Of a stretch of 64,000 bases of DNA, positions 1-10,095 are shown one piece after another (position 1 is the first letter of the stretch; every line of letters begins with the position of its first letter). The translations under genes were made by a program, and so were the position numbers. Under the pieces are notes generated by a model. It had not been told where the DNA came from, searched no databases, and saw only the letters and a program-made list of their open reading frames with translations. Source of the stretch: Candidatus Spyradenecus sp. (lineage in GTDB: Bacteria > Verrucomicrobiota > Verrucomicrobiia > Opitutales > UBA953). Location of the stretch: positions 96,001-160,000 of the forward strand of contig JAZSKX010000018.1 in assembly GCA_045535075.1 (NCBI GenBank). The letters run 5' to 3'.

Positions 1-138
1 GTCGCAGTCGAAGAAGTCGGGAAAAATTCACATCTCGTAATCATGGACACGGACGGCGGAGAACGCGCCAAGGTAACGCGTCTTTCGCCGAGTTCGTTAA
101 AAAGCTGTTACGATCCGGACGCACTAATTCTCGACTAA
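1..138 (+). CDS. 3' end of a gene running in from the window edge, possibly a TolB-like beta-propeller C-terminus
   Basis: Frame 1 is open from base 1 to TAA at 136-138 (..SHLVIMDTDGGERAKVTRLSPSSLKSCYDPDALILD*). The family guess is weak. Confidence 0.35.
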   Translation, partial: VAVEEVGKNSHLVIMDTDGGERAKVTRLSPSSLKSCYDPDALILD

Positions 139-153
139 TCCCGCACGTCAACC

Positions 154-480
154 ATGCAAAACTCCGAGAGATCCCGCATTCCGCTCATCATATTTTTTCT
201 CTGCCTCATTGTTCTGGCAGCGGAGACAATTCTTTTCTACGGAAAAATTTCCGAAGCACGGGAAGAACGCGAGGCGATGGAAAAAATTGCAAAAGAGAAC
301 GAGGCAAAACTTAAAGCACTTGAAGACGAAGCCGAATATTTGAAAAAATACATCAACCAGATGCTCAAAAATCCGGAGTTTTCCGACATGGAAATGCGTC
401 GGCGATTAGGCTACACGCAGGAAGGCGAACTGATTATCCGCGAGGAAAATCCCGAAAATTCCCGAAACCCGCTACGCTAA
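154..480 (+). CDS. Septum formation initiator (FtsB/DivIC-like)
   Basis: N-terminal TM helix, coiled coil, then 'RRRLGYTQEGELII', typical of FtsB/DivIC. Confidence 0.7.
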   Translation: MQNSERSRIPLIIFFLCLIVLAAETILFYGKISEAREEREAMEKIAKENEAKLKALEDEAEYLKKYINQMLKNPEFSDMEMRRRLGYTQEGELIIREENPENSRNPLR

Positions 481-485
481 AAAAC

Positions 486-758
486 GTGACGGACGATTTT
501 TTCCAATTGAAAGTTCGGGCAGTTCCGAACGCCAAGAAAACGCAAGTCGTCGGTTTTCTCGGGGACGCCGTAAAAATCAAGGTTCAAGCCGTTCCCGAAG
601 GCGGACGCGCAAACAAGGAATTAGAAGATTTCCTGGCAAAAGCGCTCTCGCTCCCGCGCAAAAACGTCTCCGTCCGCGTCGGAGAAACCTCTCGCGATAA
701 GCTTATTCGCATCGAAGGAACTTCCCGCGAACAGGCGCTTTCCCGCCTCGGACTCTGA
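486..758 (+). CDS. DUF167 (YggU family) protein
   Basis: VRAVPNAKK...KIKVQAVPEGGRANKEL...GETSRDK motifs. Confidence 0.85.
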   Translation: MTDDFFQLKVRAVPNAKKTQVVGFLGDAVKIKVQAVPEGGRANKELEDFLAKALSLPRKNVSVRVGETSRDKLIRIEGTSREQALSRLGL

Positions 759-831
759 ATCAAACACGACGCCGGGAAATCTCGTTTATACGCTTTCCAA
801 AGCGACGCTCAGAACTCATAATGAAAACACA

Positions 832-1758
832 ATGAATGATTTTTTTGCGGACAGAACCTTGTTTGCTTGGGCAATAAAGCTCCTGGGACTTGCCTTCGCG
901 ACCGGTTTGGTCACGGCTTACTATTCCCGCGTACGCTCAAGCGCCGTACACTGCTTGCAGCATCTGGAATCGCTCGTCGCCGCAGTCGCTTGGGCTTTGC
1001 TGAGCTGGGCGCTTTTTGTTCGCGGGAACGACTTCGGGCACTTGCCGGTTTCGAACATCTTTGAAGTTTTCCAAAGCCTCGGTTGGTGCGCGCTTTTCTT
1101 TGTCGTCTTCCTGCGCGCGGTTTGGGGGCTGCGCGTTCCCGTCGTCTTGGGAACCGGAATCGCGTGGGCCCTTTGCGCATTGGGCAATTTAAATGCAAAA
1201 AATTGGGATATTCTCAGTATTCCCGGAAGTATAATTCCGGGAGAGCCGTGGATCAGCGTTCACGCAACTTTGGCAACCGTCGGCTACGCCTGTTTTTCGG
1301 CGGCATCTACCATGTGGCTAATTTATTTGCTCCAAAATTCGGCATTGCGAAAACGTTTCTCTCATCCGTTTTTTTCCAAGCTTCCGGACTTAAATTCACT
1401 CGACCGCATCGCGGGAAGACTTTGTGCCGCCGGCTTAGTTATTCTCGGAACGGGAATGCTTGTCGGCATCGCCGCATTTGAAATGAGCGGGAAATTCGGC
1501 TCAGGATTTGTTCTTTACAAAACAATCCTTTCAGCGGCGCTTTTCGTCGGCTTTCTCGGCTTGGCGGTTTTGCGCAGGCGCGGAAAAATTTCCGCGCTAA
1601 AATGCGCGCGCTACGGCTTGGGAATTTTTGTTGCGGCGCTCATCTTTTTGGGCGGAAGCGCCTGCATTAAACATAGAGAAATCCGGGAAAACGCCGCGGC
1701 AGACTCCGTTCCCGCAAAGGAACATTTTTCCGAAAAACCGGAAGGAGGCTCGCAATGA
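832..1758 (+). CDS. CcsA/HemX-like cytochrome c assembly family membrane protein
   Basis: Multi-TM protein with 'GHLPVSNIFE', 'WISVHATLA' and 'LPDLNSLD'; overlaps the hemA start. Confidence 0.75.
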   Translation: MNDFFADRTLFAWAIKLLGLAFATGLVTAYYSRVRSSAVHCLQHLESLVAAVAWALLSWALFVRGNDFGHLPVSNIFEVFQSLGWCALFFVVFLRAVWGLRVPVVLGTGIAWALCALGNLNAKNWDILSIPGSIIPGEPWISVHATLATVGYACFSAASTMWLIYLLQNSALRKRFSHPFFSKLPDLNSLDRIAGRLCAAGLVILGTGMLVGIAAFEMSGKFGSGFVLYKTILSAALFVGFLGLAVLRRRGKISALKCARYGLGIFVAALIFLGGSACIKHREIRENAAADSVPAKEHFSEKPEGGSQ

Positions 1759-2753
1759 ATGTTGTCGCCTTCTCCTGTAACTTCCGCACGGCAACGCTCG
1801 ACGTTTTAGAAGCACTTTCGCTGTCGCGGGAACGCATCGCCGAGCTTTACCAAAAAGATTTTTTTGCGGAATTTGAAGAATGTGTTTTGATTTCGACCTG
1901 CAACCGCGTTGAAATATATGTAAAGGCCGATGAAAACCCGACAGACCGAATCGCAGAAAAGCTTGCCGGATATTCGGGAATCTCAGCCGAAACAATTTTA
2001 AAAAACGCCGCAGTTTTTTCCGGCGTTCCCGCGATAAAGCACCTCCTCGAAGTTGTCGCAGGATTAGACTCGCGCATGGTCGGCGAAACGGAAATTCTCG
2101 GACAAGTCAAACAGGCTTACGAAACCGCGTATTCGTCGGGGAAAACCGGATCAACACTGAATCGAATTTTTCAAAAAAGCTTCCAAGCCGCCAAATGGGC
2201 GCGCTCCGAAACCGGAATTTCCCAGGGACAAATCAGCATCGGGAACGTTGCCGTGGAGCTTGCCGGGCGCGTGTTCGGCGACTTGTCCCGATGTTCAATC
2301 CTGATCGTCGGCACAGGCGAGGCCGGACGCAAAACGGCACAGGCATTTGTCTCCCGAGGAGCGGAAAACGTCTTAGTCGCAAGCCGAGATTTCGAACGTG
2401 CTCACGCGCTGGCAAACGAAATCGGAGCCGGCGCAGTCGAAACGGATTCCGTCGCCGCGAGAATGATTCGCGCTGACATCGTCGTCGGATGCACAAGCAC
2501 GGAAAAGCCGCTAATCTCGAAACAGGAACTAATGCGAATTCTGAAATCGCGTTGTGAACGACCGCTTTTTCTTATCGACCTCGGAATGCCGCGCAATTTT
2601 CCCGCCGACACGGAAGCCGATTCGCTTTGGCTTTACGGGCTGGAAGATTTAGCGGCAATCGCCAACGAAAATCTCTCTGCGCGGGAACGCGAGGCAGAAC
2701 TTTGCCGCGAGGAACTGGCTCGCCGGGCACGCCGCATTTTTGATGCGCTCTAA
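1755..2753 (+). CDS. hemA: Glutamyl-tRNA reductase (short form lacking most of the C-terminal dimerisation domain)
   Basis: STCNRVE, GLDSRMVGETEILGQVK, GTGEAG and DLGMPRN motifs. Confidence 0.92.
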   Translation: MNVVAFSCNFRTATLDVLEALSLSRERIAELYQKDFFAEFEECVLISTCNRVEIYVKADENPTDRIAEKLAGYSGISAETILKNAAVFSGVPAIKHLLEVVAGLDSRMVGETEILGQVKQAYETAYSSGKTGSTLNRIFQKSFQAAKWARSETGISQGQISIGNVAVELAGRVFGDLSRCSILIVGTGEAGRKTAQAFVSRGAENVLVASRDFERAHALANEIGAGAVETDSVAARMIRADIVVGCTSTEKPLISKQELMRILKSRCERPLFLIDLGMPRNFPADTEADSLWLYGLEDLAAIANENLSAREREAELCREELARRARRIFDAL

Positions 2754-2766
2754 ACCGAAAACAAAA

Positions 2767-2786
2767 AGCGGACGTTCCCGTCCGCT
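2767..2786. terminator. Hairpin between convergent hemA and tRNA-Val
   Basis: AGCGGACG-ttcc-CGTCCGCT preceded by an A-run; contains one GTTCCCG. Confidence 0.6.
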
Positions 2787-2790
2787 CAAA

Positions 2791-2867
2791 TGGTAGTCGC
2801 GGCTGGGCTCGAACCAGTGACCCCAGCAATGTGAATGCTGTGCTCTAACCAACTGAGCTACGCGACC
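2791..2867 (-). tRNA. tRNA-Val(CAC)
   Basis: Reverse complement is GGTCGCGTAGCTCAGTTGGTTAGAGCACAGCATTCACATTGCTGGGGTCACTGGTTCGAGCCCAGCCGCGACTACCA: cloverleaf, CAC anticodon, encoded CCA. Confidence 0.95.
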
Positions 2868-2967
2868 GAAATATTGGGTAATCATGGATTTTTACCCTGC
2901 GAAACGCAAGGCATTTTCATGTATTTCTTTTTGCGGGAACTCGCACCGTTTCCGCACATCAAATAGT

Positions 2968-2996
2968 TTGACAAGCCCTGAAACAGAAAGGATTAT
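2968..2996 (+). promoter_or_regulatory. Putative sigma70 promoter of the pilin-like gene
   Basis: TTGACA (2968-2973), 17 bp, then GATTAT. Confidence 0.45.
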
Positions 2997-3025
2997 TAGA
3001 TAAAATCACTTTTCTATTTTTCGTT

Positions 3026-3451
3026 ATGAACTCGTTCAAAAAAGGTTTTACGATTCTTGAAATTCTCATCGTCGTCTGCTTGGTTGCCATCGTTTGCGCC
3101 GTCGCCGTTCCCGCAGTTCGCCAGTATCAGGCGACCAAGGCCCAAGCGGTGATGCAAGACGACGGAGCCCGACTCGGAATCGCGGCGCAAACCTATTTCG
3201 CGGAAACCTTCAGCCACGAAGTTACCTTGGGCTACAACGTGTCGACAGGCGCGATTTCAGCACCGGAAGGTTTCAAAATGCTCAACGGCAACCGTATCGC
3301 TCCGGGTTATGAAATCGGAGACACGCTTAAGATTGAGCGGGATAACGATAAGGGCTTCCAGCTCAAAAGCGTTGACGGCGGTGTTTACACGTTCAACTAC
3401 CAAGGGAAGCTGACTAAATCAAAACCCTACGCCAACGAAGCAAAGGAATAA
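3026..3451 (+). CDS. Type IV pilin / pseudopilin-like protein
   Basis: Class III signal KKG|FTILEILIVV with E5, followed by a hydrophobic helix. Confidence 0.85.
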   Translation: MNSFKKGFTILEILIVVCLVAIVCAVAVPAVRQYQATKAQAVMQDDGARLGIAAQTYFAETFSHEVTLGYNVSTGAISAPEGFKMLNGNRIAPGYEIGDTLKIERDNDKGFQLKSVDGGVYTFNYQGKLTKSKPYANEAKE

Positions 3452-3470
3452 CCCACCGCAAAATCCTCTT

Positions 3471-3498
3471 GCCCCGTTCCTGCAACGGGGCTTTTTTA
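3471..3498 (+). terminator. Intrinsic terminator after the pilin-like gene
   Basis: GCCCCGTT-cctgc-AACGGGGC followed by a T-run. Confidence 0.75.
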
Positions 3499-3526
3499 TA
3501 AGTAGCGTATTCGTTCACTACGATTA

Positions 3527-3982
3527 ATGGAATCTCCAAGTACAAAACAGCATTTCGCGACCAAGAAAAAATCCAAAGGCGGCTTTTCCCGGCTTTGGGC
3601 GGCATTCAAATATTCCTGCTCCGGATTTTATGTTGCCTTCAAACACGAATATGCGTGCCGGCAAGAAATACTCTGCTTTATTCCGCTTTTCGCTTTGGCA
3701 TTCATCCTTCCCGTCAATTGGATTTCCAGTATTCTTCTCATCCTCCCGATGCCGCTGATTCTCTGCGTCGAAATGATTAATTCGGCAATCGAGGCCGTGG
3801 TAGACGATATCTCCCTCGAATACAGAGAGCTCGCCAAACGCGCCAAAGACCTCGGTTCTGCCGCCGTTTTCTGCTCAATTCTCATCGGCATCATCGTCTG
3901 GGGCTCCGTAATCGCCGCAAACATCATCGATGGCGCGTTTGACGCCTGGGCCTTGAATATTCGCAATTTTTTCGCTCGCTAA
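3527..3982 (+). CDS. dgkA: Diacylglycerol kinase
   Basis: E-x-x-NSAIEAVVD and AKRAKDLGSAAV motifs. Confidence 0.9.
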   Translation: MESPSTKQHFATKKKSKGGFSRLWAAFKYSCSGFYVAFKHEYACRQEILCFIPLFALAFILPVNWISSILLILPMPLILCVEMINSAIEAVVDDISLEYRELAKRAKDLGSAAVFCSILIGIIVWGSVIAANIIDGAFDAWALNIRNFFAR

Positions 3983-3985
3983 AAA

Positions 3986-5416
3986 ATGCCCGAACTTGAC
4001 GGACAACATTTTGACGCGCTCGTCATCGGAGCGGGAATGAGCGGTCTTGCCGCTACAATTCGCCTTGCGCATTTCGGGAAAAAAACACTTCTTCTTGAAC
4101 GCCACAACGCGATCGGCGGGCTTAACGGATTCTACTTTCTCGGAGGACGAAAATACGATGTCGGGCTTCATGCAATGACCAATTTCGTTCCCGCGGGAAC
4201 CAAAAACGCACCGCTCATCAAGCTCTTGCGCCAACTCCGCATCCGCTACGACGAGCTGGATCTTTGTCCGCAAAAAACTTCCGCCATCCATTCTTTCGGC
4301 AATAAAATCCGGTTTTCCAACGATTTCTCTCTGCTCGAAAGCGAAATCGAACGTTGCTTTCCGAAACAGGCGGACGGGTTTCGCAAACTGGACGCATTTC
4401 TATCCGCTTACAACGAAACCGCGCTGGATGCCGCCGATGCCTCCGCACGAGCCTGCGTCGGGGAATTCATCAACGATCCTTTGCTCGTTGACACGCTCTT
4501 CATTCCGCTGTCGTTTTACGGGAGCTCGCTTCCCGGCGACATGGCACTCCCTCAGTTTGCGATTATGTGGCGCAGCATCTTCCGCGAAGGCTTCGCGCGC
4601 CCGCATATCGGAGTCCGCCAAATCACGCGAACACTACAACGCAAATTGCGTGAATCCGGAGCCGTCGTACGCATGAAATGCGGCGTTAAAAAAATCCGAA
4701 CTGACGGGAACCGAGCCGTCGCCGTCGAGCTTGATAACGGAGCAATCGTTACCGCAGACAAAATCCTTTCTTCCGCCGGATCCTCCGAAACGTTGCGTCT
4801 CTGCGAAAACATGCCTGCCGATGCCGGGCAGGAAAATGTCGGACAACTCGCCTTCTGCGAAACAATTACCCAGCTCAATGCCGTTCCCGCAAAGGATTTT
4901 GCGTGGGATGAAACCATTATTTTTTTCAACGACGCCGAACGATTCTGTTATCAAAATCCGGATACACTTATCGACGCGCGTTCGGGCGTTATCTGCATTC
5001 CGAACAATTACGCGTGGCGCGATCCCGCGCTTGCGCCGCAAGAAGGCTGTCTGCGCGTAACCTGCCTCGCAAATTACAAGCAGTGGAAAGCGCTCGGGCA
5101 TGCAAGCTCCGCTTACACACAAGCAAAAGCCAAGGCGTTTGAAAAACTTCAATCAACCGCACGCGCTCACCTTCCCGCCGTCGAAAACGCAAAATTCCGC
5201 GAAGCCGTCTGCGCCACGGACATGTTTACGCCGCTGACAATTGAGCGCTTCACGGGAAAACTCGGCGGCGCCATTTACGGCGCGACACAAAAAACGCGCA
5301 CGGGAACGACGCCCTTCGAAAATCTTTTTCTCTGCGGAACCGACCAGGGATTTCTCGGCATTACAGGCGCAATTCTCTCCGGAATTTCCATGGCGAATCT
5401 CCACATGCTCGCCTGA
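3986..5416 (+). CDS. Phytoene dehydrogenase-like FAD-dependent oxidoreductase
   Basis: GAGMSGL dinucleotide fold; C-terminal TPLTIERFTG..GAIYG and NLFLCGTDQGFLGI. Confidence 0.8.
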   Translation: MPELDGQHFDALVIGAGMSGLAATIRLAHFGKKTLLLERHNAIGGLNGFYFLGGRKYDVGLHAMTNFVPAGTKNAPLIKLLRQLRIRYDELDLCPQKTSAIHSFGNKIRFSNDFSLLESEIERCFPKQADGFRKLDAFLSAYNETALDAADASARACVGEFINDPLLVDTLFIPLSFYGSSLPGDMALPQFAIMWRSIFREGFARPHIGVRQITRTLQRKLRESGAVVRMKCGVKKIRTDGNRAVAVELDNGAIVTADKILSSAGSSETLRLCENMPADAGQENVGQLAFCETITQLNAVPAKDFAWDETIIFFNDAERFCYQNPDTLIDARSGVICIPNNYAWRDPALAPQEGCLRVTCLANYKQWKALGHASSAYTQAKAKAFEKLQSTARAHLPAVENAKFREAVCATDMFTPLTIERFTGKLGGAIYGATQKTRTGTTPFENLFLCGTDQGFLGITGAILSGISMANLHMLA

Positions 5417-5427
5417 ATTCCGGATTT

Positions 5428-6423
5428 TTAACGAAACAAAAATTCGCGGATTGCGGCAAACACCTCTTTTCTCGCCGCATCAAAGCCCGGCAAAAGCGCA
5501 AACGCATGCGGAAGCCCTCTAAGCGTTTTGAGTATTACGGGAACGCCGTCTTCCCGCATTTTATCGGCGAGGGCAAGCGCGTCATCGCACAAGATGTCGC
5601 ATTCGGCGGCAAGAATTAAAGTTGGCGGAAGATCGGCAAGAGACGTTTTAAGCGGCGAGAGCTCCCGTGCGCTACGGTCCGTTGTTCCCGCGTAAGTTTC
5701 CGACATCGCGTCGAGTAATTCATTGGAAAGCATCGACTGCCTGTCAAAAACTTCACGGGAACCGCCCTGCTCGTTCTTTGCGGGAAGCATATGCGCCACA
5801 GGATAAAGCAAAATCAGCGCGCGCGGCGTGTCTGAGGAAGAATTATCAATTAAATGCAATGCAGCTGTCAGGCAAAGTTGCGATCCCGCGCTGTCGCCCG
5901 ACCAAAAGATTTTTTCCGGATCAATGCCGTACTCCTCAGCTCGTTCCCGAAGGACTCTTGCCGTTTCACAGACATCGTCAAGTGCCGCCGGAAAAGGTGA
6001 TTCCGGAGCTAATCGATACGCGGGAACGGCAACGATGGCGCCGAAATCCGCCGCCATTTTTCCGCAAAGCAACGAACAATTCTCGATTCCGCCCATGCAC
6101 CATCCGCCGCCGTGCACATAAAGAATCGCCGGCAATTTTCCCGTGTAATTTTCCGGTACATACAAGCGCACCCGCAAATCGCCGGAGGCCGTCGGAAACT
6201 TCTCTTCCCGCACAATCACTCCCGCGGGAACGGGATAATCAATCGCCGTAACGGAGCGGATACGCCGCAAGAGCAACGGCTTTCCGCCAAGAGCCTCGCG
6301 AATTGCACGCACATAAAGCGCGTTCCAGTCGGCGGGAAAGGTTGCAAACACCGCCCGAGCTTCCGCAGAAAGTTTTTCTGCGTACGCGCAGGCGTTAAGC
6401 AAATTGGATTTTTCGGATTTCAT
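5428..6423 (-). CDS. Alpha/beta hydrolase (HSL-family esterase)
   Basis: HGGGW oxyanion motif, GDSAG nucleophile, D-IL-D and HAF catalytic motifs. Confidence 0.9.
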   Translation of the reverse strand: MKSEKSNLLNACAYAEKLSAEARAVFATFPADWNALYVRAIREALGGKPLLLRRIRSVTAIDYPVPAGVIVREEKFPTASGDLRVRLYVPENYTGKLPAILYVHGGGWCMGGIENCSLLCGKMAADFGAIVAVPAYRLAPESPFPAALDDVCETARVLRERAEEYGIDPEKIFWSGDSAGSQLCLTAALHLIDNSSSDTPRALILLYPVAHMLPAKNEQGGSREVFDRQSMLSNELLDAMSETYAGTTDRSARELSPLKTSLADLPPTLILAAECDILCDDALALADKMREDGVPVILKTLRGLPHAFALLPGFDAARKEVFAAIREFLFR

Positions 6424-6878
6424 CGCGCCAAATCGTCGAGATTGAGGACATCAATTCCGAATCCGGACAAAATTTCTTCCGCCGATTCCGCCACATCGCA
6501 TGCCAAAATAATGGCGCTTTCCGAGCACGGGCGACAGACAAACGGATAAATATAATGGATGTTAATTTCCGCTTGTGCCAGCGCCTGCGTAAGTTTTCCC
6601 AAATCTTCGTTCCTCAACAGGCGAATCGCCAAAACCGGAGTTTTCGAAAAAACCATTCCCGCGTTTTTAAGCGCAATTTCCGCCGCCTCCGGATAATTGG
6701 GAACAATGCGCAAAACGGCGCAATCCGTTTGGTCGATGCAACTTAAGGCAAGAATATGAACGTCTGCCTGAAGCAAACGTTGCAAAACAAGGTTGAGACA
6801 ACCGACTTTGTTTTCGGCAAAAATCGAGAATTGAAAAATTTCCTTACAAGGGCGGGAACGAGAAAACGTAAGTGACAT
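6420..6878 (-). CDS. Tandem ACT-domain protein
   Basis: QFSIFAENKVG-L and INIHYIYPF; two ACT repeats. Confidence 0.75.
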   Translation of the reverse strand: MSLTFSRSRPCKEIFQFSIFAENKVGCLNLVLQRLLQADVHILALSCIDQTDCAVLRIVPNYPEAAEIALKNAGMVFSKTPVLAIRLLRNEDLGKLTQALAQAEINIHYIYPFVCRPCSESAIILACDVAESAEEILSGFGIDVLNLDDLAR

Positions 6879-6890
6879 GTGCTAGCAAAT

Positions 6891-7076
6891 TTAAGAAGAA
6901 GTCTTCGGGGAATCCGCAGAAGGTGAATTGCGTTTCTGCGGGAACGATGAATGGGTTTCGCGAAATCCGCACCACGGGCAAAACCAGCTTTTCCGCCGCG
7001 CGGGAGCGTCGCCGATTGAAAACCACGCGCCGCAACGGCTACAGCGAAAGTGCGAAAGTTTTTCAATCGAGCGCAT
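6891..7076 (-). CDS. Small zinc-ribbon protein (61 aa)
   Basis: ATG 11 bp after the hemL stop; CSRC...CPWC; lies within the co-directional lpxK-hemL-ACT-esterase run. Confidence 0.6.
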   Translation of the reverse strand: MRSIEKLSHFRCSRCGAWFSIGDAPARRKSWFCPWCGFRETHSSFPQKRNSPSADSPKTSS

Positions 7077-7087
7077 AAAACAAGGAA

Positions 7088-8380
7088 TCAAAGCAGTTTG
7101 ACGGCATCGCAAAGCACGCGGATAGTTTTTTCCGTAGCCTCGTCATCATGCGCTGCCGACAAAAAGCAGGATTCATACGGAGACGGCGGAAGAAACACAC
7201 CGTTTTCAAGCGCAAATCGGAATACGCGCCCGAAGCGTTCCTTGTCGGAGCGCATGGCGTCGGCGGCGTTTTCAACCGGAGCATCGTTGAAAAACAGCGC
7301 AAACATGCCGCCAGAATGCGGGACTTGCAAGCCGACTCCGCGCTCCCGCGCAACTTGCGTAAGCGCCGTAGCGATTGCGTTCCCGCGAGCCTCCAAATCC
7401 GGATACGGATTCACGCGCAAAAGTTTTTCGAGCGCTGCAATTCCCGCCGCTAAGGCAATCGGGTTCCCGCAATACGTTCCCGCCTGATAAACCGGACCGA
7501 GCGGTGCGACGCAATCCATGATATCCGCGCGCCCGCCGAAAGCGCCCACCGGCAATCCGCCTCCGATAATTTTCCCGAGGCAAACCAAGTCCGGACGCAC
7601 CGCGTGCTTTCCCATCGTCCCGTAAAGCGAAACACGAAATCCCGTCATCACTTCATCGAAGATGAGAAGCGTTCCCGCAGCAGCAGTCAACTCGCGCAAA
7701 CGCTCCAAGAAGCCCGGCTTCGGCAGGATAAATCCGACATTTCCCGGAAACGGCTCGACAATCACAGCGGCAATTTCTTGTCCGTAATTTTTAAATACAT
7801 TTTCAAGAGCATCAAAATCGTTGTAAGGAACAACGAGTGTATCCGCCGCCGTTCCCGCCGTTACGCCGGCGCTATCGGGATTGCCGAAAGTCAACGCTCC
7901 GGAGCCCGCCTTCACCAGAAGCGAATCAACGTGCCCATGGAAACAACCGTCGAATTTCACAATTTTCGACCGCCGAGTAAAACCGCGCGCCAGGCGAATT
8001 GCCGACATCGTCGCCTCCGTTCCCGAATTCGTCATCCGAACTTTTTCGACGGCGGGAACGATCTTTGTAATTAATTCCGCCATACGCACTTCGTCCGGGC
8101 TGTTCGTTCCGAAGCCCAATCCCCGATCGACCGCGGCATGAACCGCTGCGCGGATTTCGGGATCGTTGTGTCCCAAAATTGCCGGTCCCCAAGTTAAAAC
8201 ATAATCGATAAACGTCTCACCTTCGGGCGTGTGCAAGCGACATCCGTCAGCGCTCTGCGTATAAAACGGATTCATTCCGACATTGCGGAAAGCGCGAACC
8301 GGCGAATTAACCCCGCCCGGAATAAATTTCTGTGCGCGTTCAAAAAGTTTCGAGGATTCGGGAAATCGTAATGCGTCCAT
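7088..8380 (-). CDS. hemL: Glutamate-1-semialdehyde 2,1-aminomutase
   Basis: [36 protein letters not shown] and GKIIGGGLP; start taken at ATG 8380. Confidence 0.95.
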   Translation of the reverse strand: MDALRFPESSKLFERAQKFIPGGVNSPVRAFRNVGMNPFYTQSADGCRLHTPEGETFIDYVLTWGPAILGHNDPEIRAAVHAAVDRGLGFGTNSPDEVRMAELITKIVPAVEKVRMTNSGTEATMSAIRLARGFTRRSKIVKFDGCFHGHVDSLLVKAGSGALTFGNPDSAGVTAGTAADTLVVPYNDFDALENVFKNYGQEIAAVIVEPFPGNVGFILPKPGFLERLRELTAAAGTLLIFDEVMTGFRVSLYGTMGKHAVRPDLVCLGKIIGGGLPVGAFGGRADIMDCVAPLGPVYQAGTYCGNPIALAAGIAALEKLLRVNPYPDLEARGNAIATALTQVARERGVGLQVPHSGGMFALFFNDAPVENAADAMRSDKERFGRVFRFALENGVFLPPSPYESCFLSAAHDDEATEKTIRVLCDAVKLL

Positions 8381-8394
8381 AGATTTCGAAAAAG

Positions 8395-9585
8395 TTATTC
8401 GCAAATACGCTTAACGGCAGACTCAAAAACATCCTCACCGGAGAGGATTTCAATCTCCAAGCGCAAGTAATAAAGCGGAACCGGCGGCTTCAAGTCACGC
8501 GCCAAACGCACCATGTCTTTTTCGGTCGTAACGATAAATTCGACATTGGCGGCTTTCGCTCCGGCAAAGACTTCGTCCAAGTCTTTCGGCGAAAAATTGT
8601 GGTGGTCGAAAAAGCGCCGGTTGTAAGCAATCTGGGCTCCGTAGCGCCGCAAAAATTCTTCGAATTTGTCGGGCGTCGCAATTCCGGAAAACGCTGCCAC
8701 ACGCACGCCTTTCAGCGCCTCAAGCGCCTTGTCTTCCCCCTCATAGACCGGACAAAGGCGCTTCGGTTGGTGCGTACATTCGATGATTTCCGCTTTCGAG
8801 TTGTACTTTTTTATTTTTTGAATCAGTGCCTCGTCGAGCTTGCCGTTGGATTTCGTCAGAAAAATATAATCCCCTCGCTTAAGATGGCTGACCGGCTCCC
8901 GCAAAATCCCGCGCGGAAGCAAATGCTCGTTCCCGAAGGGATTCGTCTTGTCGACCAACAAAAGCCGAATTGCGCCCTTGAGCGGCAAATACTGCATCCC
9001 GTCGTCGAGGATAATAATATCGGCACCAAGCTCGCGAATCGCATACGTTCCCGCGTAAACACGGTCGCGATCGACAACGACACTCACGCCGCAAGAGACA
9101 AGATTGCGCGCCAACATGTACGGTTCGTCCCCCGCGACCGACGCACCGAGTTTGACCACCTTCCCGTCGGAAACCACACGCGGCGGCGGGCGCTTACCAT
9201 GCGTCAACGCCCGGAAAAGACGCTTCCAAAGCGGTTCTTTCTTCGATTTGTAGCCGCGGGAAAGAATCGCAACTTTGCGACCGCGCTGCGACATTACACG
9301 TGCCATTTTTTCCACAACCGGTGTTTTACCGGTTCCGCCGACCGTGAGATTGCCGACAACCACAACCTTGCAACCAAGCGGCGTATCCCGAAAAATACGA
9401 TTGCGATAGAGAAAAAAACGCAAGCGGACAATCGCTCCGAAAAGAAACGAAAGACAACGCAAAAAGGTAGCCAACACCTTCACCGCACGCCCGTCTTTTC
9501 GGCGATCGTAAATGACATCCGTCGCAAATTGGACAAAACGTTCCTGCGGCGAGCGCGTGGCAGATGAGTCTTCGGTTTCTGACAT
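8395..9585 (-). CDS. lpxK: Tetraacyldisaccharide 4'-kinase
   Basis: [32 protein letters not shown] and TTEKD. Confidence 0.93.
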   Translation of the reverse strand: MSETEDSSATRSPQERFVQFATDVIYDRRKDGRAVKVLATFLRCLSFLFGAIVRLRFFLYRNRIFRDTPLGCKVVVVGNLTVGGTGKTPVVEKMARVMSQRGRKVAILSRGYKSKKEPLWKRLFRALTHGKRPPPRVVSDGKVVKLGASVAGDEPYMLARNLVSCGVSVVVDRDRVYAGTYAIRELGADIIILDDGMQYLPLKGAIRLLLVDKTNPFGNEHLLPRGILREPVSHLKRGDYIFLTKSNGKLDEALIQKIKKYNSKAEIIECTHQPKRLCPVYEGEDKALEALKGVRVAAFSGIATPDKFEEFLRRYGAQIAYNRRFFDHHNFSPKDLDEVFAGAKAANVEFIVTTEKDMVRLARDLKPPVPLYYLRLEIEILSGEDVFESAVKRICE

Positions 9586-9693
9586 AATCGGATTGCTTCA
9601 TGCTAAGCGGCACAGCAAGCCTTTTCAAGTTTCATTAAGCAAACCAATCACACTCTCCGCACAAGAACGCGCCTGAGCGTCCGAAAACACACC

Positions 9694-9781
9694 AAATCGT
9701 CATCGAAAATTTCGCACGGGAACGCGCGAACAAAACACCGCCTAAAACAGCTTTAAATGGCGCTTGACGCGAGACAGGGGG
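9694..9781 (+). promoter_or_regulatory. Relic of the conserved PEP-CTERM promoter module (upstream boxes, -35 and G-tract, no -10)
   Basis: AAACACCGCCTAAAA (9733-9747) is identical to the reverse complement of 58556-58570. TTGACG lies 16 bp downstream in both loci. G5 at 9777-9781. Confidence 0.65.
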
Positions 9782-10089
9782 ATGAAAAAGATTCTATCGT
9801 AAATGTCGCAGTTGTTTCCGATGGTAAAGGGACAATTTCGTTGTATGTAGACGGAAAAGAAGCCGGACACACAACGATTACTAAGGAAAGTGACTATGGA
9901 TCTGACAAATACGTAAACAATTTTACCTTTGGCGGTCGTAATGGTAACAATAGCAATAAGTCAAATTTGACCATCTACGATGCCAAATTATATAGGGGAA
10001 TTGCCATTCCGGAACCGTCGATGTTCGGTTTGCTCGCGGGTTTGGGTGCGCTTGCTCTCGTCGGAACGCGCCGCCGCAATCGCCGCTAA
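9757..10089 (+). pseudogene. 5'-truncated PEP-CTERM protein (LamG-like fragment)
   Basis: Ends IPEPSMFGLLAGLGALALVGTRRRNRR. It has no signal peptide, and its nominal N-terminus is translated promoter sequence. Confidence 0.65.
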
Positions 10090-10095
10090 TCGTTC

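Noticed and set aside
2791..2867. tRNA-Val as the integration site of an island
   Set aside because: No duplicated tRNA 3' end or adjacent integrase noticed in the window.
9782..9802. ATG AAA AAG ATT CTA TCG TAA (MKKILS*) as a frameshifted signal-peptide start
   Set aside because: No hydrophobic core follows in any frame, and the overlapping frame reads as continuous mature-domain sequence. Probably coincidence, though not fully excluded.
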